The notes under the pieces were generated by a model, which was not told the DNA's origin, made no database searches, and worked only from the letters and a program-made list of their open reading frames with translations. A stretch of DNA of 64,000 bases from an uncultured Spirochaetota bacterium (GTDB lineage Bacteria; Spirochaetota; Spirochaetia; SZUA-6; Fen-1364). A program made the position numbers and the translations under genes. Position 1 is the first letter of the stretch. Each line of letters begins with the position of its first letter. Positions 28,888 to 39,009 of this stretch are shown piece after piece. The DNA is taken from NCBI GenBank assembly GCA_963745235.1, contig CAVUXE010000053.1, positions 160,001-224,000 of the forward strand, given 5' to 3'.

Positions 28888-29965
28888 AGCCCAGAACCGC
28901 TGGTTCATGGGCTGGGGGGCTTCCATCGTCTCCCTGGTGCTGTCTCTCGCCTCAGCTCTTGTGCTCTTCAGCGTCCTGCTTCTCACCAGCGGCAAGAACC
29001 CTCTGGACACGTACGCGAGCATCTTCGGCTCGACCTTGGGCAACGGTTTCGGCTTTTCGGAAATCTTCGTCAAGATGATTCCCCTCCTGTTCACGGCCCT
29101 CGCTGTCGCACTCCCCGCGAGGCTCGGTCTGGTGAACGTCGGGGGTGAAGGCCAGCTCCAACTGGGCGCACTCGCGGCGGCCGCGGCTGCCCTCGCCGTC
29201 GGCGCCGGCACGCCCTTCTGGGCCGGGATCCCCGTGACCCTGGTCGCCGGGATGATCGGCGGCGCCCTCTGGGCCCTGGTCCCGGCCCTGCTGCGCGCGA
29301 AGGGCTGGCTCAATGAAACGATCAGCACTCTCCTCCTGAACTACGTCGCCATCCGGGTGGTGGACTACTTCGTCTTCGGACCGCTTCGTGACCCGTCCAG
29401 CTCGAATGTGCCTCAGACCACGAAGTTCGCAGACGGGTTCCTGTGGCCGGCCTTCGCGGGCCGGATACACATCGGGATTGTCTTCGCCCTGGCGGCCCTC
29501 CTGCTCTTCGCCGTCGTGATCAACCGCACCCGCTGGGGCTACGAGATCCGCGCCGCGGGGAGCAACCCCCTGGCGGCCTTGCGGCACGGCCTCCCGGTGA
29601 CCGCGTACATTCTCATAGTACTCTGCGCGGGCGGCGCCCTGGCTGGCCTGGCGGGAACAGGGGAGATCATGGCCATCCAGGGCCGCCTCCGGCCGGGGTT
29701 CTCCCCGTCATACGGCTACCTTGGCTTCCTCATCGCCTGGCTGGCTGGACACAAGCCCCTGCGAATCCTTTTCATGGGGTTTCTCGTGGCCCTCATTGCT
29801 ACCGGCGGGGACAGCCTCCAGATTGACCAGGGACTTCCCTCTTCCACGGTAGACATCCTGATGGCCCTCTGCCTGTTCATGGTCCTGGCGGATGCCTGGC
29901 GCCCCGACCGGCTGGAGGTGCGGGTCCGATCCTGGCTGCACCGGAAAAACGGAGCAGTTTCGTGA
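28880..29965 (+). CDS. ABC transporter permease
   Basis: NVGGEGQ, NETISTLLLNY, RTRWGYEIRAAG. Confidence 0.9.
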   Translation: MPEAQNRWFMGWGASIVSLVLSLASALVLFSVLLLTSGKNPLDTYASIFGSTLGNGFGFSEIFVKMIPLLFTALAVALPARLGLVNVGGEGQLQLGALAAAAAALAVGAGTPFWAGIPVTLVAGMIGGALWALVPALLRAKGWLNETISTLLLNYVAIRVVDYFVFGPLRDPSSSNVPQTTKFADGFLWPAFAGRIHIGIVFALAALLLFAVVINRTRWGYEIRAAGSNPLAALRHGLPVTAYILIVLCAGGALAGLAGTGEIMAIQGRLRPGFSPSYGYLGFLIAWLAGHKPLRILFMGFLVALIATGGDSLQIDQGLPSSTVDILMALCLFMVLADAWRPDRLEVRVRSWLHRKNGAVS

Positions 29966-30888
29966 CCGAAGGCTTTCTGGAGGGCTGGCTCGGCGGGGCG
30001 GTCCTGACCAGCACGCCCATCTTCTACGCGGCCCTGGGGGAAACCATCGTCGAGAAAGCGGGGCTGATCAACCTCGGCGTCGAAGGCACCATGCTTGTCG
30101 GCGCCTCAGTCAGCTTTGCCGTGGCTTCCGCCACTGGATCGGTCCCGGCAGGGCTCGTCGCGGGAATGGTTGCCGGAGGCCTTTTCAACCTCCTCCTGGG
30201 TCCCCTGGTTATCGTCTGGGGAGCCAACCAGCTGGCCAGCGGTCTTGCCCTGATGTTTTTCGGCATGGGGCTCAGCGCCTTCTACGGGAAGCCCTTCGTA
30301 GGGTCCTCCCTCGACGGGCTGTCGTCATTTCCCATTCCCTGGCTCTCGAGCCTGCCTTTCATCGGGTCGATCCTTTTCAACCAGGACCTCCTGGTCTACA
30401 TGATGATCCCGGCGGCCGCGGCGGTCTGGTACCTGCTCTCCAGGACGGCCTGGGGCCTTCACCTCCGAGCAGTGGGCGAGGACAGGCTGGTGGCTTACGC
30501 CGCCGGGTCGCGGACCGGACTCCTGCGGCACCAGGCGCTTTTTCTCGGCGGGGTTCTGGCCGGAGTCGCGGGAGCCCACCTCAGCCTGGCGATAGCCCAC
30601 ACATGGACGGAGGGCTTGACCGCGGGTCGGGGGTTCATCGCCGTCTCGCTGGTCATCTTCGCTGCATGGAGCCCGCTGCGCATCCTGCCAGGGGCCCTGC
30701 TCTTCGGAGGGACCCTGGCGCTCCAGATCCAGCTGCAAGCCCGGGGGGCCCAGGTCTCTCCGTTTCTTCTGGACATGCTCCCCTACCTGGTCACCCTCCT
30801 TGTCCTCGTGCTCCTGCGGAACTCCAGCCGGGGAAGGATGCCGGAGGGCCTCAAGGAAGTGTTCGAATCCTCTCGCGAGGGGAGATGA
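29962..30888 (+). CDS. ABC transporter permease
   Basis: EKAGLINLGVEG, ANQLASG, AGRGFIAV, MLPYLVT. Confidence 0.9.
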   Translation: MTEGFLEGWLGGAVLTSTPIFYAALGETIVEKAGLINLGVEGTMLVGASVSFAVASATGSVPAGLVAGMVAGGLFNLLLGPLVIVWGANQLASGLALMFFGMGLSAFYGKPFVGSSLDGLSSFPIPWLSSLPFIGSILFNQDLLVYMMIPAAAAVWYLLSRTAWGLHLRAVGEDRLVAYAAGSRTGLLRHQALFLGGVLAGVAGAHLSLAIAHTWTEGLTAGRGFIAVSLVIFAAWSPLRILPGALLFGGTLALQIQLQARGAQVSPFLLDMLPYLVTLLVLVLLRNSSRGRMPEGLKEVFESSREGR

Positions 30889-30922
30889 AGTCAGTTCCAC
30901 AGTAACCTGAAGGAGGTTTTTC

Positions 30923-31996
30923 ATGGTAAAGAAGACGATTGTCCTGGCCGCGGCGGCATTGTTCTGCCTGGCGACCGCGGTGCCGCGGGTTTCCGCGGAC
31001 ACCATCGTGGGGGTGTTGCACCTGGGTCCGATCAATGACGCCGGCTACAACCAGGCCAGCCACGAAGGGATCGAAGTGCTCAAGAAGAACATTCCGGGTC
31101 TGAAGGTCCTCGAGGCGGAGAACATCCCGGAGACCGCGGACGCCGAACGGGTCATGGAACAGATGATCAACAAAGGGGCGACGATCATCATCGCCCAGAG
31201 CTTCGGCTATCTCGACCCGGCGTTGAACGTCGCCAAGAAGTATCCGAAGGTGACGTTCCTGCACGCGGCAGGGTATAAGCTTGCGCCGAATCTGGGGACC
31301 TTCTGGGGGAATAACTTCGAAGCCATGTACCTGGCGGGGATTGCCGCCGGGGCGGCGTCCAAGTCGGGCAAGCTCGGGTTCATCACGGCCTTTCCGATTC
31401 CCAACATCCTGGCCTCGATCAACGCTTTCGAGCTGGGCGCCAGGACCGTCAATCCCAAGGTTACCACCACGGTCACCTACAACAACTCCTTCGTCGACCC
31501 GGTCAAGGAGGGGTCGGCTGTGGGCGCCCTGGCGGACGCCGGCGTCGACGTGATCAGCATGATCGTCGACTCGCCGATCACGGTCGTCAAGACGGCCGAG
31601 GCCAGGGGGATATACACGGTCGGCTTCCACTCCGCGGCCCTCAAGCGATTCGCGCCCAAAGGTTGGCTGACCGGAGTGGCCTATACATGGGGCGACCTTT
31701 ACACTCAGGAAGTGAAGGAAATCATCGCCGGGACCTGGAAGCCCAGCCACGTGCGCGGGGGCATTGAATCCGGCTATCTCACCCTGGCCGACTACGGCCC
31801 TTCGGTCACCGCTGAAACCAAGGAGAAGATCGCCAAGGCCAAAGCCGCGATCATCTCGGGAAAGCTCAAGATATTCCAGGGACCGCTCAAGGACAACAAT
31901 GGCAACGTCGTGATTCCGGCGGGCAAGGCCGGCGGGATCGAGCTGTTGGACACTACCAACTGGCTGGTCGAGGGTGTGATCGGTCAGGCGAAGTAG
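30923..31996 (+). CDS. BMP family ABC substrate-binding protein
   Basis: Signal peptide, GPINDAGYNQA, YLAGIAAG, INAFELGA. Confidence 0.9.
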   Translation: MVKKTIVLAAAALFCLATAVPRVSADTIVGVLHLGPINDAGYNQASHEGIEVLKKNIPGLKVLEAENIPETADAERVMEQMINKGATIIIAQSFGYLDPALNVAKKYPKVTFLHAAGYKLAPNLGTFWGNNFEAMYLAGIAAGAASKSGKLGFITAFPIPNILASINAFELGARTVNPKVTTTVTYNNSFVDPVKEGSAVGALADAGVDVISMIVDSPITVVKTAEARGIYTVGFHSAALKRFAPKGWLTGVAYTWGDLYTQEVKEIIAGTWKPSHVRGGIESGYLTLADYGPSVTAETKEKIAKAKAAIISGKLKIFQGPLKDNNGNVVIPAGKAGGIELLDTTNWLVEGVIGQAK

Positions 31997-32002
31997 GCAA
32001 AG

Positions 32003-32026
32003 CCGGGGCGGAGCTTCCCGCCCCGG
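32003..32026 (+). terminator. GC-rich stem-loop after the BMP gene (stabiliser or partial terminator)
   Basis: CCGGGGCGG-AGCTTC-CCGCCCCGG with no U-run. Confidence 0.45.
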
Positions 32027-32041
32027 GCAAAGCAGGGTATC

Positions 32042-32716
32042 ATGGAAACCATAAACGCACGCCCCTATGGCTTTGCCTTCGAACCGGCCTCTACGGCCCT
32101 CCTGCTCATCGATTTCCAGAGGGACTTCCTGGAGGAGGGCGGGTTCGGTTCCAGCTTGGGGAACGACGTGTCGCTGCTGCGGGCGGCCTTGGTCCCCGCG
32201 AGGAAGGTGCTGGACGCCGCCAGGGCTGCGAGTCTCTTCGTGGTTCACACGCGTGAAGGCCATCGGCCTGATCTCGCAGACGCCCCGCAGGCGAAGCTTC
32301 GTCGGGGAAACGCCCCCCTGAGAATAGGGGAGCGGGGGGCCCTGGGACGGCTCCTGGTGCGGGGCGAACCGGGCCACGGAATCGTCGCTGAGGTGGCCCC
32401 CCGGGAGGGTGAGCCGGTGATCGACAAACCGGGCAAGGGGGCGTTCTATGCCACCGATCTGGACACCCTCCTGCGGGTGAGGGGAATCCGTTTCCTCCTG
32501 GTCGCGGGGGTGACCACCGAGGTGTGCGTCCATTCGACCGTCCGGGAGGCCAACGACCGCGGTTTGGACTGCCTGGTTGTGGAGGATGCCGTGGCCTCGT
32601 ACTTTCCCGAGTTCCAGCGGGTGGCCCTCGAGATGATCCGGGCCCAGGGAGGCATCTTCGGATGGACGGCCCCTGCCTCCTCCGTGGTCTCGGCCTTGGC
32701 CGGGGCTTCCCAGTGA
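32042..32716 (+). CDS. Isochorismatase-family cysteine hydrolase, triuret-hydrolase-like (TrtA/BiuH group)
   Basis: IDFQRDF, HTREGHRPDL, DKPGKGAFYAT, GVTTEVCV, AQGGIFG. Confidence 0.8.
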   Translation: METINARPYGFAFEPASTALLLIDFQRDFLEEGGFGSSLGNDVSLLRAALVPARKVLDAARAASLFVVHTREGHRPDLADAPQAKLRRGNAPLRIGERGALGRLLVRGEPGHGIVAEVAPREGEPVIDKPGKGAFYATDLDTLLRVRGIRFLLVAGVTTEVCVHSTVREANDRGLDCLVVEDAVASYFPEFQRVALEMIRAQGGIFGWTAPASSVVSALAGASQ

Positions 32717-32783
32717 CGGGACGGCGGGCTGCTTTCATCGGTGGGGCCAGCGGGCCCACAATCCTGCCAAAAGGAGATTTCAA

Positions 32784-34472
32784 ATGAGCTTGCCGAACTC
32801 TTCCTTCGCGCCCCTCGACTTCGACGGCTGGCGGGCTCTCGACCCGGAGGAACGGGCGCGTCGCCCGGGGACTGCCGCCCCCGGCGATCCCGCCTGGATT
32901 GTCCCTCCTGAAAAGTTTCCGGCCCGGGAAGGAGGTGAGGGCGGTTCCCTGGCGGACCTGGCTTTCGCTGTGAAAGACAACATCGACGTTCGGGGGGTCC
33001 CGACTACCGTCGCTTGCCCCGAGTTCGCCTATCTGCCCGACCGGGATGCGGAGGTAGTCCGGAGGCTTGTCGAGGCCGGGGCGCGGATAGTGGGCAAGAC
33101 AAATCTGGATCAATTCGCCACTGGGCTCGTCGGCACCCGATCCCCGTACGGCGTGGTACCGAACGTCCACAACCCCGCTTATGTCTCCGGGGGGTCGAGC
33201 TCGGGATCTGCGTCACTGGTGGCACGGGGCCTGGTGCCTTTGGCCCTGGGCACCGACACGGCAGGGTCGGGCAGGGTCCCCGCGGGCCTGAACGGCATTG
33301 TCGGCCTCAAGCCGACGCGCGGCTGGTTCAGCTTCCGGGGGGTGTTCCCGGCTTGTCGCAGCCTGGACTGTGTGTCCATCCTCACGGCCCGAGTCCGGGA
33401 CGCCGCGCTTGTTGCATGGGTACTGGGCGGGTTCGACCCGGAGGACCCCTACGCCCGGTCCCGGCCGCCGAGGGAAGGTTTCTCCGTCCCGCACCGGCGC
33501 CTGGCCGTCCCATCCACTCTCCCGTGGTTCGGCGACGACCTTCAGTCTCGCGCCTGGGACGAGGCTCTGGTCCGTTGGAAGGCCCTGGGGTATGCCCTCG
33601 TGTCCGTCGATCCCCAGCCGCTCTTCGCCATGGCCGCCCTTCTCTACGAAGGCCCCTGGGTCGCCGAGCGGGTCAACGCCTTGCGGGGGTTCTACCCGGC
33701 TCGGGCGGACCAGATCCATCCTGTGGTCCGGACCATCCTCGATGGAGCGGCCCGCTTCGATGCCGCCTCCGCATTCTGGGCAGAGGACCGCCGCCGGGAG
33801 CTGGCCCGGACAATCGCGGGGCTCTGGGAAGGGTGCGACGCCTTGCTCGTCCCGGCGGTCCCGACCGTCTACACGATCCAGGAAGTCCTGGCCGACCCCC
33901 TGGTGACCAACGCCCGGCTGGGGACCTGGACCAACTTCGTCAATCTCGCCGACCTCTGCGCCCTGGTCGTCCCTGCCGGGACACGGGCCGACGGCCTGCC
34001 CTTCGGGGTCACCCTTCTCGGCCAGGCCTGGGAGGACGATCGGCTCGCAGCTCTCGGGGAGGAGTGGGAGCGCTGGTCCGACGAGGTGATGGTGGCGGTG
34101 GCTGGGGCTCACCTGTCAGGGCTTCCGTTGAACCCCCGGCTCACGCGGCGCGGCGCGCGCCTGGTTGGACCGGCCCGGACCTCGGCTCGGTACCGGCTGC
34201 ACGCGCTGGAGGACCAGTCAACGCCCAGGCCCGGCCTGGTCCGGGTGGCCAAGGGGGGCGCTGCCGTGGCGGTCGAAGTCTGGGCCCTTCCCCGGGCGGC
34301 CTACGGGGCCTTCGTCGCCGAGGTGGCGCCGCCGTTGAGCATTGGCACTCTGGAGCTGGAAGATGGCAGGCAGGTCCAGGGGTTCCTCTGCGAAGCCTGG
34401 GCAACCGATGGCCATCGGGACATCACCGAGTGGGGCGGCTGGAAGGCCTGGCTGGCCTCACGGGAACTGTGA
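32784..34472 (+). CDS. atzF: Allophanate hydrolase
   Basis: AVKDNIDV, GKTNLDQFATGLVGTRSPYG, GGSSSGS, GTDTAGSGRVPA; C-domain VAGAHLSGLPLN..GFLCE. Confidence 0.92.
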   Translation: MSLPNSSFAPLDFDGWRALDPEERARRPGTAAPGDPAWIVPPEKFPAREGGEGGSLADLAFAVKDNIDVRGVPTTVACPEFAYLPDRDAEVVRRLVEAGARIVGKTNLDQFATGLVGTRSPYGVVPNVHNPAYVSGGSSSGSASLVARGLVPLALGTDTAGSGRVPAGLNGIVGLKPTRGWFSFRGVFPACRSLDCVSILTARVRDAALVAWVLGGFDPEDPYARSRPPREGFSVPHRRLAVPSTLPWFGDDLQSRAWDEALVRWKALGYALVSVDPQPLFAMAALLYEGPWVAERVNALRGFYPARADQIHPVVRTILDGAARFDAASAFWAEDRRRELARTIAGLWEGCDALLVPAVPTVYTIQEVLADPLVTNARLGTWTNFVNLADLCALVVPAGTRADGLPFGVTLLGQAWEDDRLAALGEEWERWSDEVMVAVAGAHLSGLPLNPRLTRRGARLVGPARTSARYRLHALEDQSTPRPGLVRVAKGGAAVAVEVWALPRAAYGAFVAEVAPPLSIGTLELEDGRQVQGFLCEAWATDGHRDITEWGGWKAWLASREL

Positions 34473-34531
34473 ACAGTCCCGGGTCTGGACCGGTGCATAT
34501 CTCCGATGAAGCCGCGGAGGCGCTTCCGCTG

Positions 34532-35407
34532 CTATCTTCGCGACAAAGCGGGCGCAAGGATTTCCCGCGCAAACTGCTCGATTGAACGGGCCGGGTGCCC
34601 GGCGAGCTTCTTGACGTCCTCCGTAACGAAGTCTCCCCAGCCGCTCCCATAGGCTGCGCTGTAGTCACGCATCACTCCCGCAGCCCACTCTCCCCAGCCC
34701 ATCTTGCGTATGTTTTCGGCAACGGCTTCCGACGGGATCGGGATGTATTTCACAGGGCGGCCGAGTGCGGCCGTGAAAGCCTGTGCTACCGTATGCCAGG
34801 TGATGCTTGCTGGTCCTGTCAGCGAATAGGTCTTGCCCGCGTGGCTCCTGTCAAGGAGAGCCTTCGCAGCCGCGTCAGCGATGTCGCGCACGTCTATCAT
34901 GGCGAGCTTTGCTTCGCCCATGCCCTGGTAGAAAACGCCATCTGACCCGATGGTCTGGAGGGAACCGAAAATGTTCTGCATGAAATAGTGCGGCCTGAGA
35001 TATACCACGGGCAGACCCGATTCCTTGAGGTCTTTCTCCGTCTGGCCGTGTGAGCGGGTGTTGGCGGTCGGCGCATCAGGTCCGGCTTTGATTACAGATA
35101 GCCGCACCACGTAGGGGCTGCCCGCCTTCTTTGCGGCCGCTATGGCATTACGCGCAAGCGCGTCCGCCCTTTCCCCGAACGGCGTGAGGAGAAACAGGGC
35201 AGAAATCCCATCGAAGGCCTTCTGAAGCGAGCCGGGGTTGTCAAGGTCACCGACGACTACCTCAGCTCCCTTGTCCGAAAGCGCCTTTGCCTTGTCCGCG
35301 CTGTGAACGAGGGCACGTACTTTGGAACCGCTTGCAATCAGTTGGGGAATAACGAGGCTCGAAATGTTCCCCGTTGCGCCTGTCACGAGAATTGGTTTGT
35401 CACTCAT
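34532..35407 (-). CDS. NmrA-like NAD(P)H-binding oxidoreductase
   Basis: ILVTGATGNI, LRPHYFMQN, IDVRDIADAA, YSLTGP. Confidence 0.9.
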   Translation of the reverse strand: MSDKPILVTGATGNISSLVIPQLIASGSKVRALVHSADKAKALSDKGAEVVVGDLDNPGSLQKAFDGISALFLLTPFGERADALARNAIAAAKKAGSPYVVRLSVIKAGPDAPTANTRSHGQTEKDLKESGLPVVYLRPHYFMQNIFGSLQTIGSDGVFYQGMGEAKLAMIDVRDIADAAAKALLDRSHAGKTYSLTGPASITWHTVAQAFTAALGRPVKYIPIPSEAVAENIRKMGWGEWAAGVMRDYSAAYGSGWGDFVTEDVKKLAGHPARSIEQFAREILAPALSRR

Positions 35408-35668
35408 AGAATGAATGTAAGCAGCAAGTCGGAGATCGCCAAGATTGTCTCTGACAGGGCCTTACGATTTCAACGATTTCCCGCCAAAGTCGCCCGATAA
35501 GCATTACCTTCTCTAGAGTAATCGATGCGAAGTGCTTTCAGTCATCGCGGTATCACCTTCGTCGCTTGCATGTAGTCGAACCGCGGATGTTGAGAATCCG
35601 CCCAAACGGCCAGCCCCCAAAGCAACACGACGACCGCCAAAGGCATCTCCCATTGGAGGAGTCTCAAT

Positions 35669-36763
35669 ATGAAACGAGCAGTGGTCACCCACGTGTTGAT
35701 ATCCGGGGTAGTGCTTGTGGCGATAGTTATTGGCTTCCTGGCTTGGGTCTTCATTTTCCCCACGAGGTTTCCGGCACGTACGGTCTCGGATATTTCAACG
35801 ACCGTAATTCCCCGCTCGACGATTGACCAGTCGCACGTCCAATACCTTGATGCAACCGACGGAATACGCCTGGCGTATCGTGCCTACGTTCCCACAAATC
35901 CCGTCGCAATAGTAGTTTTCTATCATGGGTCCGGTGCAAATAGCGGAGCGGGCTACGTTCCGATCGGAGAAACTCTGAGCCAGCGTTACGACATCGCGAC
36001 GTATCTTCCCGATATCCGTGGCCATGGGTTGTCTGGCGGCGATCGCGGAGACACTCCTACCGTTCAACAGATTTACACCGACGCAACCTCCTTGATTCAA
36101 GGCATACGGAGGCAATATCCGACGACGCCTTTGTTCCTGGGGGGACATTCCGCTGGTGCTGGCCTTGTAATAGACTATGCCAATAGCCCAAATCATGAGC
36201 TTGTAACTGGATATCTGTTCGTCTGTCCTGACTTTGGGCGAAAATCCAATACGGTGAGATTACAGGGACCGAGCAGCTTCATATCGGTAATCACGAAACC
36301 CTTTGTCGTCAACGCAATAACTCGTGGTTTGTTGATGGCCCATACCTACGCTCTCCGATTCAATTATTCCAAAGAGGCATTGCAATCCGGGGCCGGGTTG
36401 ATTCAATACAATACCGTTGACATGGCTTTGGCTCTCAACCCACAAAAGCCGGGTCACGAGCTGGCGGCGATTGATCGCCCTTTTGGCCTTTGGATTGGGG
36501 CGAATGACGAGGTGATGTATCCGGACAGAATCGTAGCGTACGCGCAACATGCAACGAGAGTCATTTCAATATCTCAGGTGGAAATTGTTCCCGGCGAAAC
36601 ACATCTGTCGATCCTGAGTTCCATAGCTTCGAGAATTGGACCATGGGTCAAGGACCATGCAATTGCAAGGACACTCCCGAGTTCTCCTATGACCGATCTC
36701 ATTTCACACGGGAGTTCAAGAGCTTCACCGGATGCTCTCCGCGCGCTTGCCTCGACACCGTGA
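35669..36763 (+). CDS. Membrane-anchored alpha/beta hydrolase (lysophospholipase-like)
   Basis: N-terminal TM, FYHGSG, DIRGHGLSGG, GHSAG nucleophile elbow, ETHLS. Confidence 0.85.
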   Translation: MKRAVVTHVLISGVVLVAIVIGFLAWVFIFPTRFPARTVSDISTTVIPRSTIDQSHVQYLDATDGIRLAYRAYVPTNPVAIVVFYHGSGANSGAGYVPIGETLSQRYDIATYLPDIRGHGLSGGDRGDTPTVQQIYTDATSLIQGIRRQYPTTPLFLGGHSAGAGLVIDYANSPNHELVTGYLFVCPDFGRKSNTVRLQGPSSFISVITKPFVVNAITRGLLMAHTYALRFNYSKEALQSGAGLIQYNTVDMALALNPQKPGHELAAIDRPFGLWIGANDEVMYPDRIVAYAQHATRVISISQVEIVPGETHLSILSSIASRIGPWVKDHAIARTLPSSPMTDLISHGSSRASPDALRALASTP

Positions 36764-37070
36764 ACTGTCCATAACGCCGTTCGAACCCCGTTGCTTCGGA
36801 TGAGCGTCCTGATGACCTCAACCGAATACCCCTCGCCATGCAGCCTTCTGTGCAGAGGTGCTTGCCATGCAACTGTGGACACGACTACGGCGAGGTCAAA
36901 GGGCAACGGCAAGGGCCGCCGACCATAGCGTTCTGCCCTAGAGCGCGATTGCGAGCAGCATGGCAGGCGGGAGACTCATGGGGGAACGAGGTGGTTGACG
37001 CCGCGACGAGGGGACTTTGACAAATATGGCAATTACAGCAATTCTTCTGAAATCGAGAGGAGGTTCGGAA

Positions 37071-38117
37071 ATGAAGAGAGGAGTTCTCGCAGTGCTGCTT
37101 CTGGGGGCTGTCTTGTTCAGCGCCGCCGCAGAGACGCGGACGCTGACCGTTGCCAACTGGAAGGGCTACGGGTCGGATTCCGCCTATGGAGCGGTGGTAT
37201 TCGAGAAGATGTACAACGTCAAAGTGGTGCATCAGTATTTCACTTCGCTGGAAGAGATGCTGACAATGCTGAGAGCCGGCGGGATGGGCAAGATCGACGT
37301 CCTCCTTCCCAACTCGGCATTCGTGAAGGTTGCCGTGGATGAAGGGCTCGTCCAGGCCATCGATACGTCGAAGATCAGCAGCTACGGCGACATCCTGAAA
37401 TCCCTGCGCGAGTTTCCGGACGCCATTGGCCCCGACGGGAAGGTCTACGCGGTGCCCTGGACGTGGGGCACGACATCCCTGGGGTACAACCCGAAGTTCG
37501 TGAAGGATGCCCCGACCTCATGGGCGGCCCTCTGGGACCCCAGGTACGCGGGAAAGGTGGGCTTTTTCGACGACTATGACACCGCCATCCGTACCGCGGC
37601 CCTTTACCTCGGCCTGGATCCGCAGAATCCAGATCTCGGCAAAGTGAAGGACGCGCTGCTCGCGCTGAAGAAGAACACGCGCACCTATTGGGCCAGCTAC
37701 GACGACTTCCTCAAGCCCTATGCCGCGGAAGAGATCGTGATCGGAAACATGTGGGCAGGCCTGGCCACCAAGCTGACGAATGCAAAGCAGCCCGTGGTCT
37801 ATGTTCATCCGCGCGAAGGCACGATCGGGTGGACCGATTTCTGGGCCATTGCGAAGGATGCTCCCCAGTACGACCTGGCGTGCAAGTGGATCGATTTCAT
37901 GGTCGGGGAGAAGTTTCAGCTCGCCTGGGCGACGGACAAGGACAACGCCCACTGCACCGTCAACACACGCGTCATGGGCAAGCTGACCGACAGTCAGAAG
38001 AGGGCCATCTGGATCTATCCCAATCCACCTGCCAAGCTGGCCATGCAGCAGTCGATGAACCAGGACCAGCGGCAGGCATGGCTTGATCTGTGGAATGAGG
38101 TGAAGGCCAGCCAGTAA
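37071..38117 (+). CDS. PotD/PotF-like ABC substrate-binding protein
   Basis: Signal peptide, VANWKGY, VPWTWGTT, SWAALWDP, PREGTIGWTD. Confidence 0.85.
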   Translation: MKRGVLAVLLLGAVLFSAAAETRTLTVANWKGYGSDSAYGAVVFEKMYNVKVVHQYFTSLEEMLTMLRAGGMGKIDVLLPNSAFVKVAVDEGLVQAIDTSKISSYGDILKSLREFPDAIGPDGKVYAVPWTWGTTSLGYNPKFVKDAPTSWAALWDPRYAGKVGFFDDYDTAIRTAALYLGLDPQNPDLGKVKDALLALKKNTRTYWASYDDFLKPYAAEEIVIGNMWAGLATKLTNAKQPVVYVHPREGTIGWTDFWAIAKDAPQYDLACKWIDFMVGEKFQLAWATDKDNAHCTVNTRVMGKLTDSQKRAIWIYPNPPAKLAMQQSMNQDQRQAWLDLWNEVKASQ

Positions 38118-38127
38118 GGACCTCGGA

Positions 38128-39009
38128 ATGCCGTCCAAGAGAAGAGAATGGAAGCGGGAAGGGCTCCTGGCCTTGCCCGCTTCTCTGATGTTTCTCCTCC
38201 TGTCCGTCGTACCGCTCAGCATGCTGGTCCTTTTCAGCTTCATCCGGGGCAACATCCGCCTTGATGGAAGGATTCCCGGCTACACTCTGGGAAATCTTTC
38301 AAAGATGTTTTCCTCCCCGATATTTCCCTTCCTCATGCTCAAGTCGGTGGTCATTGGCCTGCTGGTTACCGTCATATGCGTCGTCATTGCCTACCCCACT
38401 GCGTGGGGCATTGCCAAGGTTGTCAGGCCCCGAAACCGGAATACTCTCGTGATGCTGGCCATCATTCCCTTTTTCACCAACCAGCTGCTTCTCATCTATG
38501 CGATGATGGTGATCCTGCAGGCGAAGGGCATTCTGATGAGCGCTCTTGGCGCCTTCGGGGTCGCGGACCCGAGGACGTCCATCCTGTACTCCACGCCGGC
38601 AGTGGTGATCATTCTTGTCTACGAATACCTGCCGTACATGATCCTCAGCCTCTATACCTCCCTGGAGGGGATCGGGGAGAACCTTATTGCCGCTTCCCGT
38701 TCCCTGGGCGCCGGGAAGGTGCGGACGTTTCTCAACGTCGTCTTCCCCATGAGCCTGCCGGGCCTCCTTTCCGGGATCATGCTTGTGCTGGTCCCCGTCA
38801 CGGGCAGCTTCGTCGAACCCACGCTGGTAGGCGGTCCGAACGGGATGATGGTTGGATCCTTGATCAATTCCCAATTCACGACCGTGTTGAACATGGGATA
38901 TGGCGCCGGCCTGTCCTTTGTTTTCCTCCTCATTATCAGCGCGATCATGGCGGTCATCCGCGGGCTAGCCGCATGGACGAACAGGAGAATCGGAGGGGAC
39001 GCGGCATGA
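38128..39009 (+). CDS. PotB-like ABC permease
   Basis: IAYPTA, YLPYMILSLY, AASRSLGA, PMSLPG. Confidence 0.88.
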   Translation: MPSKRREWKREGLLALPASLMFLLLSVVPLSMLVLFSFIRGNIRLDGRIPGYTLGNLSKMFSSPIFPFLMLKSVVIGLLVTVICVVIAYPTAWGIAKVVRPRNRNTLVMLAIIPFFTNQLLLIYAMMVILQAKGILMSALGAFGVADPRTSILYSTPAVVIILVYEYLPYMILSLYTSLEGIGENLIAASRSLGAGKVRTFLNVVFPMSLPGLLSGIMLVLVPVTGSFVEPTLVGGPNGMMVGSLINSQFTTVLNMGYGAGLSFVFLLIISAIMAVIRGLAAWTNRRIGGDAA

